Assembly: GCA_963770095.1 (NCBI GenBank)
Contig: CAVYOO010000003.1
Coordinates: 594,382 to 658,381, forward strand
DNA from: an uncultured Acidimicrobiia bacterium
GTDB lineage: Bacteria; Actinomycetota; Acidimicrobiia; IMCC26256; JAENVU01
DNA length: 64,000 nt
Reading direction: 5' to 3'
Each line of letters begins with the position of its first letter. The stretch's first letter is position 1. The position numbers and the translations under genes are program-made. Under the pieces are notes generated by a model, which ran no database searches, was not told the DNA's origin, and saw only the letters and a list, made by a program, of their open reading frames with translations. Below, in pieces: positions 19,905 through 28,922 of the stretch.

Positions 19905-20348
19905 ATGACGACGCCGATCACACCCAGGCACTACAGCGCCGAGACCGCCGCCGCGATCGCCGGATCCGACAGTCAGCTGACCGGGTTGCCTGCATATCTG
20001 GGCATCCGTACGGTCGAGGTCGGGCCCGCCCGCATGGTCGCGGAGCTCGACGTTCGTCCCGAGCTGCTCAATCCCTTCGGCACCGCGCATGGAGGTGTGG
20101 TGGCCGGGTTGGTGGATCACGTGCTCGGGTCGGTGCTCTACCCGGTGATCGACCGCGGTCAGTGGGCAGCCACGACGGAGTTCAAGCTCAACCTGGTCGC
20201 GACGGTGCGCACCGGTGTCTTGCGCGCCGAGGCGACGATCGTCGCGATGAGCAGGCGGACCGCAGTGGTGCACGTCGAGGTGACCAACGACGGCAAGCTC
20301 GCCTGCATGGCGCAAGGCACCGTGCTCATCCCCGAGGCGCCCAGCTAG
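19905..20348 (+). CDS. PaaI-family hotdog-fold thioesterase
   Basis: NPFGTAHGGVVAGLVDHVLGSVLYP...TTEFKLNLVATVRTGVLRAEATIVAMSRRTAVVHVEVTNDGKLACMAQGTVLI matches TIGR00369-like signature. Confidence 0.8.
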   Translation: MTTPITPRHYSAETAAAIAGSDSQLTGLPAYLGIRTVEVGPARMVAELDVRPELLNPFGTAHGGVVAGLVDHVLGSVLYPVIDRGQWAATTEFKLNLVATVRTGVLRAEATIVAMSRRTAVVHVEVTNDGKLACMAQGTVLIPEAPS

Positions 20349-20413
20349 TCCCCGTGCGGCTCGGCGTCGGGTCCGCCGAGCCGTCGGGAGGCGTCTCTCA
20401 CGCATCTCCGTGA

Positions 20414-21184
20414 GTGCACACCTCCTCGACACACGACACCGGGGCCCGGGTGCGTGCCCGTGAGAGGATCAGCCGCATGACCGGAGCAGCGTCGGGCGCG
20501 CGGATTCGCGACGCTCTGGTCGCGGCATGTCACCCGGAACCCATGGCGGATGCGTCTGTCGGGACGATGACCGTCACGGGGTTCCTCGCGCCGTGGTACC
20601 GGTCCGACGCCGTTCCGCTGGATCTCGGTGTGACTCCGGCGATCGGGGTCGAGCCAACCACGATCGACGTCGACCGTTTGGTTGTGCGCCTCTTCGAGCA
20701 AGAAGGGCAGTCGCTCGTGCGGCTGGCGCGGATCTTCGTTGACGACCGGAACGCCGCCGAGGATCTGGTGCAGGAGGCGTTCATCCGCCTCGCCCGCTCT
20801 GCGCACCGGATCAAGGACGAGGCCAAGGCGGCGCCGTACCTGCGGTCGATCGTCCTCAACCTCGCTCGTGACAACAATCGCCGGGGGTTGGTCTCGCTCC
20901 GCCATCACCTCCCCACGGACGAGCGTCGGGCGTCGACCGAGGACGAGATCGAGCTGCGCGAAGACCAGCAGCAGGTGATCGACGCGTTGCGCGAGCTGTC
21001 GTATCGGCAGCGCAACGCGCTGGTGCTTCGCTACTACGAAGAAATGGGAATCGACGACATCGCGGCGGCGATGGGGATATCCCGCAACTCGGTGAAGACG
21101 CATCTCAAGCGCGGACTTGCCGCGCTCGAGGCGCGGCTCGGCGAAGCGAACGAGCTCGTCGGCGAATCGGAGGTCACGACGTGA
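20414..21184 (+). CDS. ECF sigma factor (extended N-terminus; start uncertain)
   Basis: Region 2 (LVQEAFIRLARSAHRIKDEAKAAPYLRSIVLNLARD) and region 4 (LSYRQRNALVLRYYEEMGIDDIAAAMGISRNSVKTHLKRG). Confidence 0.8.
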   Translation: MHTSSTHDTGARVRARERISRMTGAASGARIRDALVAACHPEPMADASVGTMTVTGFLAPWYRSDAVPLDLGVTPAIGVEPTTIDVDRLVVRLFEQEGQSLVRLARIFVDDRNAAEDLVQEAFIRLARSAHRIKDEAKAAPYLRSIVLNLARDNNRRGLVSLRHHLPTDERRASTEDEIELREDQQQVIDALRELSYRQRNALVLRYYEEMGIDDIAAAMGISRNSVKTHLKRGLAALEARLGEANELVGESEVTT

Positions 21185-21810
21185 CTGCCGTCGAGCAGCG
21201 CCTGCGTGACGCGCTCATCGACGAAGCGGACGCGCTCGACGAGAGCGAGGACCTCTTCGCGCGTGTCGCGCTGAGCATCGGGGACGACCGGCAGCTGCGC
21301 CGCCAGCGACGTCGTCGCGTCGCGGTCATCGGCTGTCTCGTCGGGGCGATCATCGCTGTCGTACTTGCGACTACGGAACGAACGAAGGGAGAGATCGTCA
21401 TGGACTGGTGGGTCTTGGAGCTGATCTGGTTTGCCGGGATGGTGTTCCTGGCGTTGTGGCTCGGACCGTTCATCCGGCGGTTCGGCAAGAGCTATGCGGC
21501 TGACGTCTTCCGCGCGAATCCGCGGACGGGCAAGAGCTTCATCGTGCTGATGGACGTGGCGTACTACCTGATCTTCTTCGCATTCATCCTCTTCACGGTG
21601 CGGTTCGAACCCGACGTCGGCTGGGGTGAGACCGTGAACGCGAACCAGCTGCAGGCGGTCACGGTTCGGCTCGGCGGGATCCTGCTGATCGTCGGGGTGC
21701 TGCACGGGCTCAATGTGTTGATGCTGCCGATCATCGGGCGGATACTCACGCTGAACCGCCGCCTGGACGAGGACACCCCACCACCCGCGGCGCGAGCGCG
21801 CCAGGACTGA
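21181..21810 (+). CDS. Membrane protein, putative cognate anti-sigma factor
   Basis: GTG overlaps the sigma stop (GTGA). Short cytoplasmic N-terminus then 4 TM helices. Confidence 0.5.
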   Translation: MTAVEQRLRDALIDEADALDESEDLFARVALSIGDDRQLRRQRRRRVAVIGCLVGAIIAVVLATTERTKGEIVMDWWVLELIWFAGMVFLALWLGPFIRRFGKSYAADVFRANPRTGKSFIVLMDVAYYLIFFAFILFTVRFEPDVGWGETVNANQLQAVTVRLGGILLIVGVLHGLNVLMLPIIGRILTLNRRLDEDTPPPAARARQD

Positions 21811-21819
21811 GCGGGTCCA

Positions 21820-23059
21820 ATGCTCCTCGTGCTCCTGCCACTCGGCGCGGCGCTCGTCGTGATCTCCGTCCTCGGGCTGGCCGGGTTCGGGCCGCTCACC
21901 GCTGAGCGTCGCGCGCAGCGAGATGGCGGACTGCGTGCGATCGGTCCTGCGGTCGGGCTGCTCGCGGGGATCGGGGTCATCGCGTTGACCATCGTCGCGA
22001 CCGTCGGGTTGGCCGGGGTTGACGGTCTTGACGATCGTGAAAGTGATGAGCGCGCCGATCAAAGCGAGGTGAAGCCCACCACCACGACGACCGTGTCGAT
22101 CACGACGGGTGCATCGAGATTCACGCGCCAAATCCCGGCCCTCGGACCGGAGATCACCATCGAGGCGGACCGAGGGCGGTCTTTCCCCCATTCCTACGAC
22201 GTCGCCGACCGCCTCGAACCCGCCACCGTGTTACAGATCACGGCGCGGGGATTCGATTCGTTCGGACGGGCGATCGTCGAACAGTGCGGAAGGGTGGGCG
22301 CCGCCAACGCATGCTTCAACCCGCTGCCGGTCCAGCTCGACGCCGACGGCGTCGCTCGGTTCCAATACTTGATCACCGCCGAGTTTGTATTCGGTCGTTC
22401 ACCGCGAGGTGCATGCCGCGCCGCCGCGTCGCCATGCACCGTTGTCGTGCGCGCGGTGACGGGACCTGCTCGCGGCGAGGTCCAGACAATCTTCGGCGAC
22501 GAGATCCCGCCTCCCGGCCAAATCAGGGTCACTCCAGCCACGGAGCTCTCCCTCGAGGGTGGACCGGTGACCGTCGATGTCCGCGACTATCCGCCGGGAG
22601 CCCCGTGTGACCGCGATGCTCTGCGCGGCGCCGCATGCCTCCGGCCCGGGCTGCGGCGCGCCGGGCCCGATGGCTCCGCTCGTCGTCGGTCGCGATGGTC
22701 GGGGGAGCACCGAGCTCGTCATCAGCCCGGGTCCGGTCGGCAGCCGAGGCCTGCCGTGCGCGCGGGGTGACGATTGCGGGGTGACGGTCGTCTCCGACGA
22801 CGTGTTCGCCCGTGCTCCCGTGGTGCCGATCTCGTTCGCCGCGCCGCCCGGGGCCGACTACGACCCCGCGCGGCTGGTGCTGGGGCTCGCCATCGCGACG
22901 ATCCTCTCAGGCATCGGCGCGTGGTTGATCCTGCGCACGGACTGGTCGGCGGTCGGCGAGGCCGCGGCGCCCGAGATCGACGACGCAGAGTTCGCAGACC
23001 TGGACGCGATCGTCGCCGCACTGCCACCGGAAGAAGACGAGCTCGTCAGCGCGAAGTAG
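21820..23059 (+). CDS. Membrane-anchored cell-surface protein with Thr-rich linker and Cys-containing repeats; frameshift at about 22615
   Basis: N-terminal TMs, TTTTVSITTG linker, repeated C..C modules. Reading continues in the +1 frame (ORF 22577..23059) ending with a TM plus acidic tail. Confidence 0.45.
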
Positions 23060-23174
23060 CCGAGACGGATTCCGGGCCGGCCCGTCGTCTGAACCGAGGT
23101 TTCGCGCCGGCATGTCACCCGGGTGGGCCGGCGCGGCGTCTGTTGGTTGACGAGCCACGACGGGGAGACGAGCC

Positions 23175-24128
23175 ATGGCCGAGAACGTCATCGAGATCGA
23201 GGGGCTGCGAAAGGAGTACCGGCGCCGACGTGAGAACACCGTCGCGGTGGCTGGGCTGGATCTCGCGGTGCCCGCAGGCGGCGTCTTCGGATTCCTCGGG
23301 CCGAACGGGTCGGGCAAGACGACAACGATCCGATGTCTCCTGGGTCTGGTCCGGCCGACCAAGGGATCGCTGCGCCTCCTCGGGCGGACGGTGCCGGGCG
23401 GGCTGGCCGAGTCGCTCCGGGAAGTTGGTGCGATCGTCGAGTCACCGGCGCTGTTCCCCTCGATGAGTGGCCGCGACAACCTCGCCCTGCTCGGCGCAAT
23501 CGATCGCATCGGCACGAAGCGGGTCGACGAGGTGCTCGAGACGGTCGGGCTCACAGAACGCGCGAGCGACCCGGCCGGGAAGTACTCACTCGGCATGCGT
23601 CAACGGTTGGCTCTCGCCGCGGCGCTGCTGAAGGACCCCGCGTTGCTGATCCTCGACGAGCCGGCGAACGGTCTCGATCCGGCCGGCATGCGCAGCGTGC
23701 GCGAGCTACTTCGTACCCTTGCCGACGAGGGGCGAACGGTCTTCGTGTCGAGTCACCTGCTCGCCGAGATCCAGCAGACCTGCGACCGGGTCGCGATCCT
23801 CAGCCGGGGTCGATGCGTCGCTCGGGGCACGGTGGCCGAGGTGAGCGCGGCCGCGGGGCACGGCGAGGCGATGCTCGTCACCGTCGACGACCCGACGAGC
23901 GCGCTCGTAGTTCTCGGTCGTGCCGGCATCGCCGCCGAACCAAGGGACGGACGGCTCCGGGTCGCGCTGGGGGCCTCGGACGCGGCACGAATCAGCAGGA
24001 CGCTGGGTGAGCGTGGCTTCTGGGTGTCCGATCTACGCCCCGACGAACACAACCTGGAGGACGTCTTCCTCGAGGTGACGACTGATCTCGGCCGGCGTGC
24101 CGATGAGCTCGAGGAGGTCGAGCGATGA
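23175..24128 (+). CDS. ABC transporter ATP-binding protein (ABC-2/DrrA-like)
   Basis: Walker A GPNGSGKTT, signature LSLGMRQRL, Walker B LLILDEP, H-loop. Intact 317 aa. Confidence 0.9.
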   Translation: MAENVIEIEGLRKEYRRRRENTVAVAGLDLAVPAGGVFGFLGPNGSGKTTTIRCLLGLVRPTKGSLRLLGRTVPGGLAESLREVGAIVESPALFPSMSGRDNLALLGAIDRIGTKRVDEVLETVGLTERASDPAGKYSLGMRQRLALAAALLKDPALLILDEPANGLDPAGMRSVRELLRTLADEGRTVFVSSHLLAEIQQTCDRVAILSRGRCVARGTVAEVSAAAGHGEAMLVTVDDPTSALVVLGRAGIAAEPRDGRLRVALGASDAARISRTLGERGFWVSDLRPDEHNLEDVFLEVTTDLGRRADELEEVER

Positions 24129-24937
24129 ACCTGTTGTTGGTCGAGATGCGTCGGGCGCTGCATCGCCGTGTGCTCCGTGTGATGGTGGCGCTCGCGCTGT
24201 TCTGGTGCGCGTTCGCCGGGGTCGTCGCGTTCCTGAGCTCGAGCGGCAAGACCCTCGCTGAGCTGCACCGGCGCGGTGCCACCCATCCCGCAGTGCTCAC
24301 CGACTGGTGGGCGCCGGGTCAGGACAGCGCCGTGCTCACCGCGGCGATCTTCCTGATGCTCGGTGGCTTTTTCACCGGCGCGGCCGTGGCCGGAGCGGAG
24401 TGGCGTGCCGGCACCGTGACAACGGTGCTGACGTGGGAGCCGCGCCGGGTCCGTCTGAACCTGACCCGCACTGCCGCCGGGCTGATCCTTGCGTTCATCA
24501 TCGCGACATTCCTCCAGGTCATGTTCCTCGCGTCGTTCCTTCCCGCCGTGCTCGCGAACGGCTCGACCTCGGGCGCGGGCAGCGACTGGTGGATCTCGTT
24601 GGGACTCGCCATCGCCCGGACGTCGCTACTCACCGCGATCGTGTCGGTGCTCGGAGTCGCGCTCGCGACGCTCGGCCGCAACACCGCGTTCGCGCTGGAG
24701 TCGTATTCGCGTGGATCGCGGTGATCGAAGGCGTGATTCGCAGCCAATGGCCCGGGTTGGCCCAGTACCTCTGGGTCGAGAACCTCGTAACCACCGAGGA
24801 GTGGGACCAGATGCGCAACGTCGAGTTCACCCGTGGCCCGCTGCTCGCGCTCGACAACCCTGGTGCTCTACACCGGAGTGCTCGTCGTCGTCGCGACGGT
24901 CGTCTTCCGTCGCCGAGATGTCGCCGGAAGCTCGTAG
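24125..24937 (+). CDS. ABC-2 family permease; two apparent frameshifts at about 24700 and 24860
   Basis: Start overlaps the ATPase stop. 6-TM ABC-2 topology. Protein continues across three frames (...LATLGRNTAFAL / GVVFAWIAVIEGVIRSQWPGLAQYLWVENL / LVLYTGVLVVVATVVFRRRD*). Confidence 0.65.
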
Positions 24938-25005
24938 GGCTTCCCGGGAAGAAATTCCGTAGATGGGAGTGATCCAAGACTGGGTCCGGCAACGAACCGA
25001 AGGTC

Positions 25006-26601
25006 ATGGGGAGGGCCGGGGCGGCGAGTTGGTACGACTACGTCGTCGTGGGCGCGGGTTCGGCGGGGTGCGTGCTCGCGCACCGGTTGAGTGCCGATCC
25101 GGGCGTCACCGTGCTGCTGCTCGAAGCCGGGCCACCGGACAAGAAGACCGAGATCGGTATCCCGGCTGCGTTCCCCAAGCTGTTCAAGACCGAGTTCGAC
25201 TGGAACTACACGACGACGCCACAACCGGCACTCGCCGGTCGGTCGCTCTACTGGCCGCGTGGCCGGACGCTCGGCGGTTCGTCGTCGATCAACGCGCAGA
25301 TGTACGTGCGTGGGAACCCGGCGGACTACGACGGGTGGGCTGCGGCGGGCAACGAGGGTTGGTCGTGGTCCGAGGTGTTGCCGGCATTCCGGCGCTCGGA
25401 GTGCAACTCTCGGGGATCCGACGAGTTCCACGGGGGCGAAGGCCTGCTCCCGGTCGAAGACCTCCGCGATCCGAGCCCCCTGACGCGTGCCTTCCTCCGA
25501 GCGGCGGAGCAGGCCGGGATCACGCCGAACGCGGACCTGAACGGCGAGCACCAGGACGGCGTCTCGTTCAGCCAGGTCACGCAGCGAAGAGGAAAGCGAT
25601 CGAGCACTGCAAGCGCGTTTCTCGCGCCGGCGCGTCGGCGTAAGAACCTCACCGTCCGCACGGACGCGTCGGTGCTGCGCATCGTCTTCGACCGCCGGCG
25701 GGCCGCAGGCGTCGAGCTCCGGGGCGGGTTCGGGACGGAAACCGTCGAGGCGGACCAGGTGATCCTCTGTGCCGGGGCGATCAACTCGCCTCAGCTGTTG
25801 ATGGTCTCCGGGATCGGACCCCGCGCCGACCTCGAGCCGCACGGCATCCCGGTCGTGCACGATCTCCCAGCAGTCGGCCGGCACCTTCAGGATCACCTGT
25901 CGGTCCCCGTCATCGCCACGATTCGCGGTGCCGACTCGCTGCTCGCGGCAGAGCGGCCGGTCGAGCTGGTGCGCTACCTGCTGGCTCGTCGGGGGATGCT
26001 CACGTCGAACGTCGGTGAGGCCATGGCGTTCGTGCGTTCGTCGCCCGGCGTCCCGGCGCCCGACCTCCAACTGATCTTCGCGCCGGTCGAGTTCATCGAG
26101 CACGGGCTCCGGCCGCCTCCGGGGCATGGCGTCACCTGTGGCGTCGTCCTGCTCCAGCCCGAGAGCGAGGGGGAGATCTCGTTGGCGTCCGCCGATCCGC
26201 TCGCGCCGGCGCGGATCGAGCCGCGGTACCTCTCGGACCCGGGCGGCCGGGACCTCGAAGTGCTCGTCGCCGGCATCCGGCTCGCCCGGGAGATCCTGGG
26301 CGCGCCGGCGCTGGCCGTCGCGGTCGACGGAGAGATGTGGCCCGGTGCCGATGCGGAGACGGACCATGACCTCGCCGACTTCGCGCGGCAGCGCGCCGAG
26401 ACGCTGTACCACCCGGTCGGGACCTGCCGGATGGGTGTCGACCCGGCTGCAACGGTCGTGGACCCGGCGCTGCGGGTTCACGGGATCGACGGGCTCCGGG
26501 TGGTCGATGCGTCCGTCATGCCGAGGATCGTGCGGGGCAACACCAACGCTCCGACCATCATGATCGCGGAGCAAGCCGCGGAGCGCCTGAACGCGCGATG
26601 A
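25006..26601 (+). CDS. GMC-family FAD oxidoreductase (choline dehydrogenase-like)
   Basis: YDYVVVGAGSAGCVLAHRLS Rossmann motif, GGSSSINAQMY, and C-terminal HPVGTCRMG...VVDASVMP active-site region. Intact 531 aa. Confidence 0.9.
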   Translation: MGRAGAASWYDYVVVGAGSAGCVLAHRLSADPGVTVLLLEAGPPDKKTEIGIPAAFPKLFKTEFDWNYTTTPQPALAGRSLYWPRGRTLGGSSSINAQMYVRGNPADYDGWAAAGNEGWSWSEVLPAFRRSECNSRGSDEFHGGEGLLPVEDLRDPSPLTRAFLRAAEQAGITPNADLNGEHQDGVSFSQVTQRRGKRSSTASAFLAPARRRKNLTVRTDASVLRIVFDRRRAAGVELRGGFGTETVEADQVILCAGAINSPQLLMVSGIGPRADLEPHGIPVVHDLPAVGRHLQDHLSVPVIATIRGADSLLAAERPVELVRYLLARRGMLTSNVGEAMAFVRSSPGVPAPDLQLIFAPVEFIEHGLRPPPGHGVTCGVVLLQPESEGEISLASADPLAPARIEPRYLSDPGGRDLEVLVAGIRLAREILGAPALAVAVDGEMWPGADAETDHDLADFARQRAETLYHPVGTCRMGVDPAATVVDPALRVHGIDGLRVVDASVMPRIVRGNTNAPTIMIAEQAAERLNAR

Positions 26602-26673
26602 TCCGGTGGGGCCCGCACCCGCGAACTGGAAGTGCGGGAAGGATGCTGACCGCGCCTGCAGGGGGGTGCCCGG

Positions 26674-27249
26674 GTGGCGATGGAGATGCCGACCGTCGGG
26701 TGGGAGCGCCGGACGCGCGAGCGGCTGATCTCCGGCGACGAAGCCGCACTCGGAGACTGCTACGACCAGTTCTCCGCGTTCGTCTACGGCCTCGTGCTGC
26801 GCGTCCTGCGGGACGCCAAGGCCGCGGAGGACATCACCCAGGATGTCTTCCTCAGCCTCTGGGAGTGCCCGGATCGCTTCGATCCGGGGAAAGGCGCGCT
26901 CCGTACCTGGCTCGGCACGCTCGCACACCGCCGCGCGGTGGATCACGTACGCCGCGAGGAAGCGCGCCGCCGCCGCGACGAAGCGGGGGCCGGCCGGATC
27001 GCGTCGATCCCCGACGTGGAGGAGATGGCGCTGGCGTTGATGACGTCCGAGCGGGTGCGCGAGGCGCTCGAGGGGCTATCGCCCGAGCAACGCGAGGCGA
27101 TTCACCTCGCGTACTTCGACGGTAAGACGTACCGGGAAGTCGCGGTCTGCATGGGCATACCGGAGGGCACCGCGAAATCCCGGCTCCGGCTCGCCTTGCG
27201 GCGGGTCGCGAGCACACTCGAGTCAGAGGATCTGCGCCAATGGCCATGA
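26674..27249 (+). CDS. ECF sigma factor
   Basis: DITQDVFLSLWECPDRFDPGKGALRTWLGTLAHRRAVDHVR (region 2) and LSPEQREAIHLAYFDGKTYREVAVCMGIPEGTAKSRLRLALRR (region 4). Confidence 0.85.
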   Translation: MAMEMPTVGWERRTRERLISGDEAALGDCYDQFSAFVYGLVLRVLRDAKAAEDITQDVFLSLWECPDRFDPGKGALRTWLGTLAHRRAVDHVRREEARRRRDEAGAGRIASIPDVEEMALALMTSERVREALEGLSPEQREAIHLAYFDGKTYREVAVCMGIPEGTAKSRLRLALRRVASTLESEDLRQWP

Positions 27250-27278
27250 CCAGTTCTCGCGGTGGCGCCGGTGGCGGT

Positions 27279-27776
27279 TCAGCGTTCGGGAGGTCCGAGG
27301 ACGAACTCGAGTCGCTGCCAGTCCTGGATGCCGCACGAGTTCGTGCGCTCCACCTTCACATCCACCGGATTGCCGCGGATCACCCCCTTGATCGTGGCGT
27401 GCTGCGGTCCGCCGAACACCTCCGCGCACGCCACATCCACGTCCGCATCGTCAACCCCGACCTGTTCGAACACCGCCGCCTGGGCGTCAACCGCGAAGCA
27501 CACGTCAACCGCGGTCGCTGCGAACATTCCCGTGCCGGTTGACTGGTCCCCGTCACAATCGAGAGTGCCGGAGATGTTCACCTCGGTCGCCCCGCTCTCC
27601 GGGATCGGACCCGGTTCGGAATCGGGGTCCGGCGCGACCGAGCCGCGGCCCAGCGTCGCGACCCCCTCGATCTCGAGGTGCGTCCCCGAGCGGGTCGGCC
27701 CGCTCGAATCCGATCCACACGCGCCGAGCACCAGGACCAGGAGGACTGTGAGGCCGGCACCCCATCGAATCGGCAC
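27279..27776 (-). CDS. Small secreted lipoprotein (unknown function)
   Basis: GTG with GGAGG upstream. Signal plus lipobox LVLGACGSD. 4 Cys in the mature part. Confidence 0.45.
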   Translation of the reverse strand: MPIRWGAGLTVLLVLVLGACGSDSSGPTRSGTHLEIEGVATLGRGSVAPDPDSEPGPIPESGATEVNISGTLDCDGDQSTGTGMFAATAVDVCFAVDAQAAVFEQVGVDDADVDVACAEVFGGPQHATIKGVIRGNPVDVKVERTNSCGIQDWQRLEFVLGPPER

Positions 27777-27802
27777 GCCTCCATGGTGCCTGACCGGGGC
27801 GG

Positions 27803-28591
27803 TCAGTGGGTGGTCATGCCCCCGTCGATGACGAGGACCTGACCGGTCATGAAGCTCGACGCGTCGCTCGCGAGGTAGAGGGCGCCGTCCGCGAGCTCCT
27901 CGGGGGTGCCCATGCGCTTGATCAGGGCGGCGTCCGTCATCCGTTGCTGGGTCGCTTCGTCGTTGTTGCGGACCATGTCCGTGTCGGTCGTTCCCGGTGC
28001 CAGCGCATTGACGCGGATGCCCGCGGCGGCGAATTCGGCGGCCATGGCCCGGGTCATCGTGAGCATCGCGGACTTGGCCGCGCAGTACATGGAGACGTAC
28101 GTGCCGTGAGTGAAGGCGCCCGCGCTGATCACGTTGACGACCGCGGCGTGATCGCTCGCCAGGAGGTGGGGAAGCGCGTACTGAAAGAGGAACAGCGGAC
28201 CGCGCAGGTTCACCGCGTGCGACTTCTCCCAGGCCTCGGGCGTGATCGAGCCGATCGGGAGGCCGAGTGCGTTGGCGGCGTTGTTCACGACGATGTCGAC
28301 GCCACCGAGCTGGTCGACGGTGGCGGCAACGAGCGCTTCGAGCTGGCCGAGGTCGCCCGCGTGGGTCGGGACGGCGATCGCCCGCCCACCGCTGGCCTCG
28401 ATCTCGCCGGCAACCTGCGCGCACGCATCGGCCTTGCGGCTCGCGATGACGACGGCCGCACCGGCCGCGGCATAGGTCTGCGCGATGGCCCGGCCGATGC
28501 CACGGCTCCCGCCGGTGATGATGGCGACCCGACCGGTCAGGTCGTAGCGCGCCTGGAGCTCCTGTCGGGTCCGCATCGCCATGTTGCGCAC
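27803..28591 (-). CDS. SDR-family oxidoreductase
   Basis: TGGSRGIGRAIA (TGxxxGIG), NNAA, YCAAKSA (YxxxK). Intact. Confidence 0.9.
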   Translation of the reverse strand: MRNMAMRTRQELQARYDLTGRVAIITGGSRGIGRAIAQTYAAAGAAVVIASRKADACAQVAGEIEASGGRAIAVPTHAGDLGQLEALVAATVDQLGGVDIVVNNAANALGLPIGSITPEAWEKSHAVNLRGPLFLFQYALPHLLASDHAAVVNVISAGAFTHGTYVSMYCAAKSAMLTMTRAMAAEFAAAGIRVNALAPGTTDTDMVRNNDEATQQRMTDAALIKRMGTPEELADGALYLASDASSFMTGQVLVIDGGMTTH

Positions 28592-28620
28592 GTTACCCGC
28601 CTGCTTGAATCATCCCCTGA

Positions 28621-28922
28621 GCGAAGTGGGGACACCACGCGGGTTGTGGGGCGCGACGAGCGGAGCGTGGCCCGAGCGGCCCGGTCCGAAGGACCGTGAG
28701 CGGGAACGGTGAGCGAAGTGGGGACACGACGCGGGTTGTGGGGCGCGAAGAGCGGAGCGTGGCCCGAGCGGCCCGGTCCGAAGGAAGTTGAGCGGGAACG
28801 GTGAGCGAAGTGGGGACACGACGCGGGTTGTGGGGCGCGAAGAGCGGAGCGTGGCCCGAGCGGCCCGGTCCGAAGGACGGTGAGCGGGAACGGTGAGCGA
28901 AGTGGTGACACCACGCGGGTTG
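28621..28922. repeat. Tandem direct repeat, 92-bp unit x about 3.3 (copies at 28621-28712, 28713-28804, 28805-28896, partial 28897-28922)
   Basis: Direct read: unit GCGAAGTGGGGACAC(C/G)ACGCGGGTTGTGGGGCGCGA(C/A)GAGCGGAGCGTGGCCCGAGCGGCCCGGTCCGAAGGA...GAGCGGGAACGGTGA. A few substitutions between copies. Confidence 0.85.

Noticed and set aside
28621-28922. 92-bp tandem repeat considered as a CRISPR array
   Set aside because: No unique spacers and no 25-40-bp repeat/spacer periodicity. The units are contiguous, near-identical and overlap a gene start. No cas genes nearby.
28621-28922. 92-bp repeat considered as pure assembly artefact
   Set aside because: Copies differ by specific substitutions (CACCACGC vs CACGACGC; GACCGTGAG/GAAGTTGAG/GACGGTGAG), which argues for real diverged units. 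Copy number still needs read-level confirmation given the evident indel error rate.
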